The translations under genes were made by a program, and so were the position numbers. From NCBI GenBank assembly GCA_000934665.2, contig KZ538336.1, positions 1 to 64,000 on the forward strand: 64,000 nt of DNA. The letters run 5' to 3'. The stretch comes from Catajapyx aquilonaris. Its lineage: Eukaryota. A model generated the notes under the pieces. It was not told the origin of the DNA. It saw nothing but the letters and a program-made list of their open reading frames with translations, and did not search any database. This document shows positions 37,999 to 50,100 of the stretch, in pieces; within the stretch, counting starts at the first letter, position 1, and each line of letters opens with the position of its first letter.

Positions 37999-38568
37999 AT
38001 GACATCAGAAGCAGGCAGCCTTTCCACATTGGACATGGCCTTGAAGGAGCTGGGCATGCTTAGCTCTGCGGATGGCCACAAGGACTATCTTCGGGAGAAG
38101 CTGCGGCACCAGCACCAGCACCAGCTTGCTGGCCGAACTCGCAACCAGTCTTCGGCTGGCGAGAGCAGTCGGTGCTGCAGCGTCCTCCAGATGAACACCG
38201 ACTATGTGACGGGCGTGGTTCTTGGAGGGACTGGTGCCTCCGAAGAGCTCTGCTCCCTGAGGTGGGCCAAATGGCCTGGGGAAGGCAGGCCGCGGCCCCA
38301 CCACCATCTTAGGCCCTACTACGTTCCCTGGAGGCGGGAGGAGCGTACCAGGACACGCAGCGAGAACTGCGATGATGAAGGCAGCCCGGATAATTCTCAG
38401 GAAGGGGGAGCAGCCCAGGAAGTTGTGCCACCTTCGTCCTCAGGTGGGGGCGGCCTCTTCAGGTCGAGGTCACTTGAGGACTTGCGGGTTGGGGTGGAGT
38501 CAGTCGCATCGCAAGGCCATGAAGTTGAGACTGTCTCGCAGAAGATTCAGCAGCTGCATGTTCATTGA
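37999..38568 (+). CDS. MACIR: MACIR / C5orf30 (UNC119-binding protein)-like, single coding exon, 189 aa
   Basis: Splice acceptor just upstream (TTTTCTGCAG ending 37976). The ordered motifs VLQMNTDYVTG...EELCSL, LRPYYVP, RSRSLEDL and EVETVSQKIQQLHV parallel my recollection of vertebrate MACIR (ILHMDSNYLVG..EELLKL, YQPYEIP, HSKSLDYL, TEVLQYQLQHLTL). The ORF is convincing; the family name is a recall-based call. Confidence 0.6.
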   Translation: MTSEAGSLSTLDMALKELGMLSSADGHKDYLREKLRHQHQHQLAGRTRNQSSAGESSRCCSVLQMNTDYVTGVVLGGTGASEELCSLRWAKWPGEGRPRPHHHLRPYYVPWRREERTRTRSENCDDEGSPDNSQEGGAAQEVVPPSSSGGGGLFRSRSLEDLRVGVESVASQGHEVETVSQKIQQLHVH

Positions 38569-41308
38569 GGTGGGATACGTTGTGGTTTTTTTTTTTCCCA
38601 GGGTGTGTGGAGTATGGCCGGGGTATGTTGCCACTGCCAATTTCAGCCGTCACAGGGTGCTGAACTAGCTCATTTTTTAAAAACGTCACGGCCCAAAAAA
38701 AACCATTTTGTGTTTGAAACCTGGGGGCCGGATGCAAAGGCAGCTCATTTTTCAAGACACTTTGTTTTATCTCTCCATGCTTCCATCAGGTCTAAAATCT
38801 TTATTGACAGAAAAGAAAGTACTGCCGCAACTTGGCCAAGTGCGCATGTACATGATGAAAACGGCAGCTCTCTCAGCCTATTTGTAGTTTCAAAATTGAT
38901 GGCAATAAGAGGCTACGACTTGCACAATTTGATTTTCAAGTAGGTGTTGGGACCTTTACGTCTTCCTTTATTGAAGGAGGCTGATTTTTTTTAATTCTTT
39001 GATCTCAGACGGACCTGGCTGCCTTTGCATCGAAGCTCCACACTTGTCAGTCGCTTAGGGAAACCATAAGTCACGGCTCAAGTTTTAAATAAAATCTCAC
39101 TGCAAGTTTCATGTCGCACTGGTAACCTCACCCTTTCCCTCGAAACCTGTCAATTCGATGCATTGCACACAAAAAAAAACAATGTTTCAAGTAGTGTTTT
39201 TGATACCGCTTTGATATTGTTGCCTGCAATATTGTTCATTTCTTTGCTCGTTTTCCTGAGCCGAAGCGTGAGCAGTCTGAATGTGTTTTTTGCTAGATAC
39301 AAGACTGACTTTGCTGTGAGATCTCAAATCAGAGAGGGCATGAGAGAAGTTAAAGAGCACCTGTTGGCCCGCCGCACGAAGTTTAAAAAAAAAAAAAAAA
39401 AATGTCAGAGCTTCACCAGATTTTTACAGGGGATGTGTTTTTGTTTTTTAAATGGTTGTGTCAGGATGCATTATTGTGTGCAAAAATACAGGCAGCTTTT
39501 AGTATTGTTGCACTATCAGGAAGGCACTGTGTGACAAATCGGCCCAATTACCTTTTTTTTCTTCCTTTCACACTTTCACCCCTTCGAAATACTCAAGAGT
39601 TGGGATCGATTTATCTCATGGCTGCCGTTTGATCGGGGGGGCCCTCTTTTTGCCTTGCTGTCAGATGAAACGGGAGGGGGGCGTGTGTGAAAAAATTATT
39701 ATGGGGTAGCTTTAAACTGCTTTCTAAAGTGAGTGCCAAATGATTGTCCCAGTGATTTAAAGCAATCATATCTGGGGGGGTTGGATGTTCAGTGGGGGGG
39801 AGGGGGGGATCCTGATGGAAAGAGCATTTTTATGTGGGTTCATATGAACACCTGAAATGCAGAAAAATCAGTGTCACATTTGCATGATTTCAAGCACTGT
39901 ACTGTTTTACGGTATCTTGGTTTTTAAGTTGATCTAGAAGCAAACAAGATCGTCTGAGGCGGAACTGAATTGACCAAAATGTGACTGATCATTCTGCGTT
40001 TTAAGTAGTCATATTATTTTACTGTACTTACTCTCATGTAATCCCGCATTTCTCACCGTTACGAGTTAACTGTAGTCTGCAGGCATTAGTTTCGGCAAGA
40101 TTAGGCCCTTACTAAAGATGAACTGTGTGTTTGTCACTATGTCGACTACTAGCGCCATAATAAAAAGCTATCTGGCTTTAAGAAGGCAGGATAAGTAGTA
40201 AAATTGGAGGCAGACGAAAGATATGTGGACGGTCATCGTGACACTTGCTCTGTCTCTTACTCCATCGAAGACCTTTCCAGCTTGGTCGACAAGTAGTCGA
40301 AGCTACCACTCGGGAAGGAACCTCACAGCAATTCCAGTGTGGACATATATTTATTACGTACATATTTAAATTGACATTAGCGCATGGGCTGCAGAATCTC
40401 TAAGAAACGGTGACGAAAATAATAACTGTGTGGATTACGTGAGATTAAATATAGTATTAGATTCTGAGAGTTAAATTAGGCAGCTATTAGAGTAGCAGAG
40501 AAAATTTATACAATGCAAAATATTACACTGCATAAGCTATTATTGAGGTTTTGCGAAGTGAAGGACGCTGTGGGTTCATTTTTTAATTTCTACCTCCGTT
40601 TAGTTGCAAAGCAATCTCCAGTATGTTTACATAGGAAAGTTTATTCGTGTGTGGTATGGTAGTGAAAACTCTGATGGGTTACGGTAAAATTGCATTGGTG
40701 GAAAGCATGTGGAAAGGACCCTTGTTCATTTTTGGTGTGATTGTGCTCTCTGATCCACATGGGAAAAGAATTTATTGCATCACAGACAGTAGAGACTTTA
40801 TAAAGTGCTGTGTTACAATATAATTATTGTCTTGTGCCACTTGTGCTACGTGGTGCGATTCAGTCAGACTGAACTCGTGGCCCCAGTGTACTGCAAGTTA
40901 TTGCAATGCTTTTAATCAGTCACGGGGGCTTAGCCTTTGTGACGCCGCACTCTTTGTGGGAGTACAAAAGTAGGCACGACAAAGTATTTGAGGAAAGAGT
41001 CAGTATGAAGGAGAGAGAGAGAAAAAAAAAACAAACATGCAAGTTATTTTTTTTTCCTCCAGTACTTTTGTGGTGGTGCCCTTGTGAAAACACACATCAC
41101 TGTACAAGAGTTTGAATAAAATATGTGAATATGTGATTTTTATGCATTGCACTCAAATCATGACCTCCCTATGCTGCAATTAATAAAACACTCAATGCGT
41201 AGTCAGTGAGAATATGAATTGCTGCACACCTTCCTCGGTAATACTTCATAAACTTCACAAGAATAAGCTGTACATGAAAAGTATTGTTGCGATGAGAGGA
41301 TTACAAAA

Positions 41309-43649
41309 TTACTCAGTCTCCTCATAGTCGGATTCATCTGAAGATAGTTCATTAGACAGTAACAAGGTGCTGTAATGTTTAGAATGACATTTTGGTTACA
41401 TGTAATGAAATAATGTGATTAACATTAGTACCTGTTGTGCGTGTAGTCGAACTCGGCGGTTGAATTCTGGCAAAAGCATTCGACACATTCGATTGTGACA
41501 AATTCACAGGGTTCTTCGCAACTTGGGGGATCGTATGGGCAGTGATCTTTCACACAAGATGTGGTTTCATTTAAATCAACACAGTGCTGACCTTCATCAC
41601 ATTCTTTGAACTGAAATAGTTTTATGGTACGTAATGTGCACAGTAAAAAAGGTGGCGGCTATGTACTGACTGAACATGGAGTAGTGAACTCCTCCGACTC
41701 CTCCGACGACTCCTCCGACGACTCCTCCGACGACTCATGTGAATTCTGGCAAAAGCATTCGACACATTCAATTGTGATATATTCACATGGTTCTTCGCAA
41801 CTTGGGGGATCATATGGGCAGTGGTGTTGCACACAAGATGTGGTTTCATTTACATCAACACAGTGCTGACCTTCATCACATTCTTCGAACTGAAATAGTT
41901 TCATAGGACTTAATGTGCCGAGTGAAAAAGGTGGAGGCTATGTACTGACTGAACATGGAGTAGTGTTCTCCTCCATCTCCTCAAGCTTGCAGCTAAAAGA
42001 TGGGCAGCACTGGTCCTCTTCGTGGTGCCTCTCACAGTGCGTGCCTTCAGAAGGTTGAGGCTCTTCAGGACAGATCTCTTTGACGCAGGTGAAAATAGGA
42101 GGCGTTGTGCATGTGCACAAAAAGCAAGGGTCGTTGGTTAGTTTCTCGCCTATTTCGAGCGTGATATTGCCAAACTGACAGGCATCTGGTCTCGCAGTAA
42201 AAGCTGAGGGCAAATTAGCAGTAAATATTTGAGCACCGACAATAATGTTGATTTTCGTTACCTAGATTTACGTCGTCGTCAGCTGCTGAAAAGGACGTTA
42301 ATATTAGAGTTTATTTTCCATATGTGTGTTAATTTAATCATTACGGCATTTCCAGGTGGTAGGACAGCATTCGTCAACCATGTAGACAGGCGCACAACCT
42401 TTCTTTACATTTTGCCAGTATGCCAGTTCCAGTCCGCATGGGATTGGCTTGCACCATGGCCACACTGCTTGTCCTGGAGTAACGGAATTAAGCACATACC
42501 CAGTCCCGGCTTGCTGTAACTTACCGTAGAAACCTTCTGCGCAAATGCACACCATGCAACTCTGGTCCATGGGATAAAATTTTTCTCCGTAGTAATACTC
42601 GCGCCCATCATATTCGCAGTCGACTGGTGCCGATTCCGAGCCTGAAATAAGCCTGTGTGTATGAGTGGGTGTACCCCATGTTTCTAATTGTTACTTTTTT
42701 ACATGGTATGGAAACAAGTGGTAATTGATGTCTTATTCGAACTTCAAAACTTTTATTTCTTAGGTCCATGCTTCATCTCTCGTAAAAGTGAACAATAACT
42801 ATTGACTCCCAACGCTTTTAATTTAGTATGTTTAGATGGATGTCTTTTGATCAATTGAATAGTACCTACCACATAACCATTCAGATGGACAGCATTCATC
42901 AATTTCGTACTTAGGTGTGCAATCGTCATTTTCAGTTTCGCATTTTAAGGCGTCACACTTAATGGCATAAACTGGGCCACTGGAAAAATTATGGCGCTGA
43001 CATACCGCTATGTTTTTTAAAAATGTTTGAAGACTTTACCTTTTTGATCTTTGTTTTTTACATGAACAGTTGATTTGGCAAGGGTCGTCTTCAGTTACTT
43101 CAGGAATATTTTCATTTACCTTGTAGGCTTTTCCTTTGTACTGGCATTTTTTACTGTTCCTGTTCAAGTCTTCTGCAGCTGTTGGATGCCGTAAACTCAA
43201 CATATTTGTTTATTAAAATATGTAGGCCTACTTACCGCAATTGTAGCTGCTTGGACAGCAAGATCCATAACCAATGAAAGGTTTGCACGAGAACTCAGTG
43301 TAGTGAGCCAGGTACTTAGTGCAAGAGTGTCGATCTTCACATTCAGCTGAGCATTGAATAGTGGCCAATTTTTTTAATTATTTCATTGTCATTATGTAGG
43401 TACTCGATCAACTTACGAATTTGGGCCTCTATTTCACCCAAGGCTTCTTTCAGCGCAGTACGAAGGATCTCAATTGAGAACCCAAGGTCTAGGCAGTTCC
43501 CTGAATATAAGAGAGTAATGATAATAATATGCAGTTGACATTATTCTCTGAACTCAAGCTGCTCCGTTGTGAAACGTGTTTTGGACACCTGAATTTGGCC
43601 ACATTGCAGCTGCGAATCCACAAACAAGAAGGAAATGATAGATCCACAT
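41309..43649 (-). CDS. Secreted cysteine-rich multi-VWC-like protein (gene B), about 12 short exons, no Kunitz domains
   Basis: Signal MWIYHFLLVCGFAAAMWP. Exons encode ECEDRHSC...HYTEFSCKP...CCPSSYNC, KCQYKGKAY...PCQINCSC, IKCDALKC...ECCPSEWLC, CEYDGREY...CMVCICAEGF, WCKPIPCGLEL...GCAPVY...CCPTTWKC, CQFGNITLEIGE...CFLCTCTTPP...CCPSFSC, two duplicated CDEGQHC exons and an acidic tail ending YEETE*. Splice phases are compatible; the first donor (GTGTCC) is weak. Confidence 0.78.
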
Positions 43650-44121
43650 TCCAACGCTTCCCATGTGTAAACTCTTGGCTCGAAGGGGTATATTTACAAC
43701 AGCCAATCAGTTGGTGACACATCGCATAGTAATTCTACAACCTACGGGAAGTGCATATTGTGTTTGTGAATGCGATAAAAGGTAAATTAGGCATTGTGAA
43801 TTTATCATTGTTGTAAGATGCTTGGCATGATGTAATGTTGGCGACTTCTTTTGTAAAATGTCTTTAATTTGGTATATGTAATATTATTTTGCGTAATTGC
43901 CGCGGTTCACTGTCAGGCAGCAAATATTTGGCCTTCTTCGTAATGTGTATTCTTTGGTATGAAATGGTCGGTTTTTGGCTGAAGAATGAGACGGGGTTAT
44001 AATAATGTATTTATTATTTTTGCAGTAACAGTATTAAGTATATGGCATTGCTATTGATGAGATATTGCAGTCCACTTGGACTAGTTTAGTAACAAAAGAC
44101 GATGTGAATTGCAGGTTCATT

Positions 44122-47100
44122 TTATGTTGAAGATTCAGTTGAAGTCGAGGTTGAAGTGCTGGGGATAAACAAAAGGCTGCAGTTAAATATCTCGGTACAA
44201 TCATTAACGATGCTGCTAATGAGCAAATTTTCGTACCTTGTAATAGTTGTACTACTGCTTTTGTAGTGGAGAGCTGCGGTCGAAACCTCACTGCTTTCTG
44301 TGCTGCTACTTGTTGCAATGCAGGTGGGATTGTCACCAATCATAACGCAAATTTGACTTTCCTCACAAGCGATGTCCTGTGTGGAAGAATTTTAATTGGA
44401 ATTTAATCCATATCGATTGTAAATTGCTTTCTGAGCAGGACTTGCGATCGACACTTTGGGCCCAAGAGGACTAAACTATTTGGTGTCAACCTACAGCGCA
44501 AGATGCCATCCTGACTGGTGGATTCATGGGCAAACATGAGTAGCTAGGGCAGCACTCGTTGTCGGTGTAACTTATGTCACACTTGGCGTCAGATGGTGGC
44601 TGAGGGCATCGCTTCTTGATACAGGTCAGCCGAGGGGGAGTGAGGCAAGTGCAGGTCACACACTTGTTGTCGGTGATTGCCAGTTGCTCACCAATCCCAA
44701 GCTGTGTTGTTCCGTGAAAGCATGTCGTTGGTTTCTTGCTGTAACCTACAGTAAATTTTGTGGATGTGAAAATTACTTATTACAGAGGTAAACCAATGAG
44801 ACGCAACTATTTATCGCTTTCCTGTTGTATTGCAGTGCTTACCAGACGGTGCTTCGTGCGTATCAATCCCAACATGTGTGCATTTCAAAATGCATTCGTC
44901 GTGAGTGAAAAAGTTGTTGCCATTGCCTCCACAACCACCGTAATAAAAGTGCTTACAGCTTGAAGTGACAGGGTCATAGAAGTAACGAGGGATGTAACCA
45001 AAGCAAGGACCAGTTTTAGGAGGAAGCTGACATGTAGAAGCTACAGGGACGGAAATGAGAAGTAATTTGTTAAAAAGAATGAAAATAAGAAGCAAAGATA
45101 ACAGTTGAAAGTGATGTAAAGCGGAAAAATGTTTCTGTGAAATCCGAAAAATGTTACCCCAATCCTGGCCAAGATCAATTTCAATGGCCACGGGCTTCGC
45201 ACACATGGCCTCGCATTCTTTTAGACTATTGAAGTTGTTGCCATTCCCTCTGCATCCACCATAGATGAAGTGTCTGCACACCTTGTGCTCATAATCGAAA
45301 TAAAAGCGATGGAAAGCACCATAGCAAGGGCCAGAATTCACTGGCTGCTTACACACATCTGACAGAATTGGAAGAGATTAGTAAACCCCCAATTTAACGT
45401 GGCACAGCATGTTACGTACCTCCAGCACGCCTCTCAATTTTGACTTCGCACTTTTTGTGGCATTCGCGCAGTGATTTGAAATTGTTTTCATTGCCACCGC
45501 AGCCAGTGTAAACGAAAGGTTCGCATGTTCCCACCACCACGTTATAATAGTATCGATGAAGAGCACCACTACAGTGGCCCATAGCTTGAGGCAGGCTGCA
45601 ATTTGTGTCTATGAAAAAAGTCGGAAGATGTAACATTGCTCTACGAAACTTTTCAATCTGGCATGTATACCTTCAATAGAGTTAGATTCGCTACTTGATG
45701 AACTTGAACTTGAGTTTGAACTGTCGCTGTCCTGACTCCGACATCTTTTCTGGCATGCTTCGAGAGTGAGGAAATTATTCGCATTTCCTTGGCATCCACC
45801 GTATATGAATGTCCTGCATTCTTTAACCTTGTTGTCGTAGTAGAAGCGTATGATTTTTGCCTTGCACATTCCGCTCTTTGCAGGGAGTTGGCATATGTCT
45901 ATATCTGAATGGTTGAAAGTTATGTGCGTAATTGGTAATGTTATGCTGTATGTTGATTTACCTCTCAGAGTAACGTTAGTTTCCGCATGAATGCCACATT
46001 TTTCAATGCATTTTTCCCTGGTTCTAAAATTGTTTTCGTTGCCTCGACATCCGCCGTAGATAAAGTCCTTGCATGTGTTATCGTTAGGGTCGTAATAAAA
46101 ACGAGGTTTCATAGCTCGACATGGCCCTACTTGTGCCGGCAACTGGCAAGGCTTATTGTCTAAATATTTGGACAAAATCAATTATTACATATCTTTTCCA
46201 ACAGATCATTGGAGTAGTTGAACTAACCATCTGCTCTGCGAAAGTACTGTTCCAGTGTGTTGTCAATTTCATTCAACTCTTTGCATTGCCTCTGACATTG
46301 CTCCATGGATTTAAAATTGTTAGCATTTGCTCCGCAGCCAGACTCAAACCTAGTGCACTTTCCGCTCAAGTGGTCAAAATAGTAGTTTGGTCCAGTATCG
46401 CAACGTGTCTCCACTCCCGGAAGTTTGCAAGCTGATAGTCGCAGAAGAAATAGGATTAGAAAGAGAAGTGCATGCAATTTTTTTTTTCAAGCGTTGTTTT
46501 AGTATGTTACCTGAAACCGATTGGTTGTTGCAGGCCTCGTTACATTCGTCCAGCGTTTCAAATCTGTTTGCAGTCCCTCCACAGCCACTATATGCAAAAG
46601 CTTTGCACGTTTGCTCTACAGAGTCATAGTAATAGTTAGGGATGTAGTATTCGCATGGTCCTTGCTCCATATCCAGAGTGCATATGTCCGTTTTGTCATC
46701 TACCAGAATATGTTATGTACACTGTGGGCATGTGGAAGTGCATGTTTTTTTTGTGCATCAGTTTAGTCCATTACCTGAAACCGATTGGGTGTTGCAGGTC
46801 TCGTTACATGCGTCCAGTGTTTTAAACCTGTTTGCATTTCCTCCGCAGCCACCATACACAAAACCTTTGCACGTTTGCTCTACAGAGTCGTAATAAAAGC
46901 TAGGGATGTAGGCTTCGCATGGTCCTGCCTCCATATCCAGATTGCAAATGTCCGTTTCGTTATCTACTAGAATATGTTATGTACACTATTGCAATGTGAA
47001 GTGTCAAGCTCACTTACTTGGAGGTGGTCTGGTAAAGTCCTCCAGATTTGGCTCTGGTGTTGACTGCTCTAGCGCTGAGTTAGGTGTTGGAGTTGGCCGT

Positions 47101-50100
47101 GGAGGCACTTCAGCTGAAAGTGGCTTCGGTTTAAGCAACAACCGCAGCAAACAGTGTGGTTGTACTTACGACATTCCCAGTCGATTGCGCAGCATCTGTT
47201 TTCCAGGTAGACTGGAGAACACCCGTTGCGGATACGCTCAGCATAGTGGATCTCAAATCCGCATTCGATTGGCTTGCAGAATGGCTCCTCCAAGGTTTCT
47301 GCATTGATAGATTATAGAGTCAGAGAACTTGTCATGTGTCTAATGCTACTCTTAACGCACCGTTATTGAAACCAGCCTTGCATGTGCATGATATGCAGTC
47401 ATTGTCAGCACGGTCGAATGTCTGTCCCTCCGTGTAAGTGGCACCGTTGTACTCGCACACTATAGGCTCAGGTGTCGGTTCTGAACTGGGTGTCGTTGCA
47501 TCTTCAGCTGCGGAAAGTCACACTGTTACATGCACAATCCTTAACAGTTGATTTCAGGTTGTTGTGGAACACACATCTGTGCACAATGTCCAAGTGAAAA
47601 CTTACGACAAACGTGACCAACTGCACAGCACTTGTCGGGGCTGTAGATGCGCTTGCAGTGAGACTTCTCACGTGGGTGTCCGAAGAACTCGGGGCATTCC
47701 ACGCTGACGCAGTTTGGGGCCACCTCACTGTTGTGAAATAATAATAATTTTATTTATTTATTTTTTCAGAGGGTTGACATAAGTGTTTACCCTGGATATA
47801 GCTCCCTGCAAGTACAGTGCACCAAACATGGTTTCCGCTCCATGATTTCTGGCATGGGATCACTGACGTTGTACTCCTGTCCACGGTAGTAGCACTTGGA
47901 ATTACTTCTGTCGCTCAGGTGACCTGTTCACATAACAAGGTGATGGTAGTAAAAACAAGATAAACTCTGAATTTGTGGTAACTGATGCATCACCGAGTAA
48001 ATGACATGCTCATAAAATAACCAGGTGACCATGACTTCATTCTGGAAGTTTTGTCGGTTCAGTTACAGAACATCCTGTACTTTGTTGGAAAGTACTTACT
48101 GCAGTCATAGCTGGTTGGGCAGCAAGCACCGTCGTCAAAGTTGGGCTTGCATCCAATCTCCTGGTAATGCTGGTACGTGTACCACGGACAACTCTTGGTA
48201 TCACACTGGGTGTCTGAAACACATCAAATGTACCATTATGTATTGGTAAACCTTTCTGACAGTACTTGTGTTGGTACTTTCCCATGTGTTACGTCAATTG
48301 TCAGTTAATCAAGCATGCATTAGTACCCCCCATTAGAGGTAGTAAAGTGTACAAAAAGTTGCAAGCAATTAGTCACGGTGTTGTACACATGTGCCCTTCG
48401 CAAGTGTCACTCTTGTCGGAATGAATGCGCAAACCAGAGTATTGTGTAGTACAAGTGTTCAAGGTTACCAGTGGATGGTTCATCACCACCGCATGTCTTC
48501 CTGCACTCTTCTGCACTTTCAAAATTGTTCTCGTTGCCACCGCAACCAGTGTATATGAAACCCTCACATCGATTCGCTTTCTGGAAATATAAACGCAATG
48601 TTTTAACCTCACCGGTACATGTCCAATATGTCATGCAATAAATAAGGTCATGTCGCTACGGTATACAAACCATCAGCACTCTAGCAAGGCGCTTATTCAC
48701 TTTGCTCAAGTGCTAGAGAGTCTAGAAAACAACGGATTGGAAAATCACATTCGAGTAGACTTTTTCTCAAAATTGCCAAAGGAAATTCAAATTGGACAAC
48801 AATAACATAGAATGTTGTTGCTGTCTAATTTCTCGTTGTCTTAAGCAACCTAAAGGAGAAATAAGTTCTAAATCATGTAGGCTTGACCTTGGTGGATAGA
48901 GTGAACCCGTAAAACCGGAAGTTGGAAGGGTCCACCGAATCCGAATCCGAAAACCGTTTGTCTCTATTGCGGTTTAATCCCTTGATACATGTCCACAGAC
49001 AGACAGACGGACAAGAGCCGTCCTATGCGACTTATTTATTAGGAAAAAGTCTATCCGAATCCGAAAACCGTTTGTCTCTACCTCTTGCGGCTTAATCCCT
49101 GATACATGTCCACAGACAGACAGACGGACAAGAGTCGTCCTGTACGACTGATTTATTAGGAAAAAGTCTATCCGAATCCGAAAACCTTTTGTCTCTATCT
49201 ATTGCGGTTTAGTCCCTGATACATGTCCACAGACAGACAGACGGACAAGAGTCGTCCTATACGACTTATTTATTAGGAAAAAGTCTATCCGGATCCGAAA
49301 ACCATTTGCCTCTATCTATTGCGGTTTAATCCCCGATACATGTCCACAGACAGACAGACGGACAAGAGCCGTCCTATACGACTTTTTATGAGGAAAAGTC
49401 TAAAATCACGTGTTTTACGAATCCAACCGAGTGCGCACCCACACTCGCGCAGCTCTATTGTTCCTCTGAGTTTCGTTCCGCAGCCTTATTGGCAACGTCG
49501 CAAACGTGCAAATGTGTTCCCCCTCCAAGCGTAGCGTTGGAAATAAGCGAGGAGAGCCTACCATCAGCTATAATTGATAATTCCAACCCTGCACGCTGCG
49601 CGAACTGTGGTGTGCACTCGGTTGCGTTCATAGAGTGCTGATGATGATGGTTGTATATAACGACATGATACTTTTGAGCGTACTGACAGAATTAAATGCG
49701 TATTTCTCCTTAAAAGCTCTGCAGTCTCCAGTCTTGATCTCCATACTGCATACCGCCTTACCGGACCGTCGTGCTACAAATAATGAAAAATAAATCAATC
49801 CTTGCGCATTGTACGGCGGACGGTCCGTATACCTTTCTTTCCGCACTGTCTGACACACTCGTCCTCAGTGTCGAACAGGTTGGCTGTACCTCCACATCCT
49901 CCGTACACGTATTGTTCACACTGGTTAGCACCGGAATTGAAGGTCCATTTGTCAATCAGTGCTAAGCATCTGGCTGCCCTAATTTCCTCAGGAGGTAGCA
50001 GACAAATGTCTTGTTCCGACGATGCGTTGTCAGGTACGGCAGTTGGTTCAAACGACTCATCAGACGACGATTCGTCGGATGAGGAGTCTTAATGTATAGG

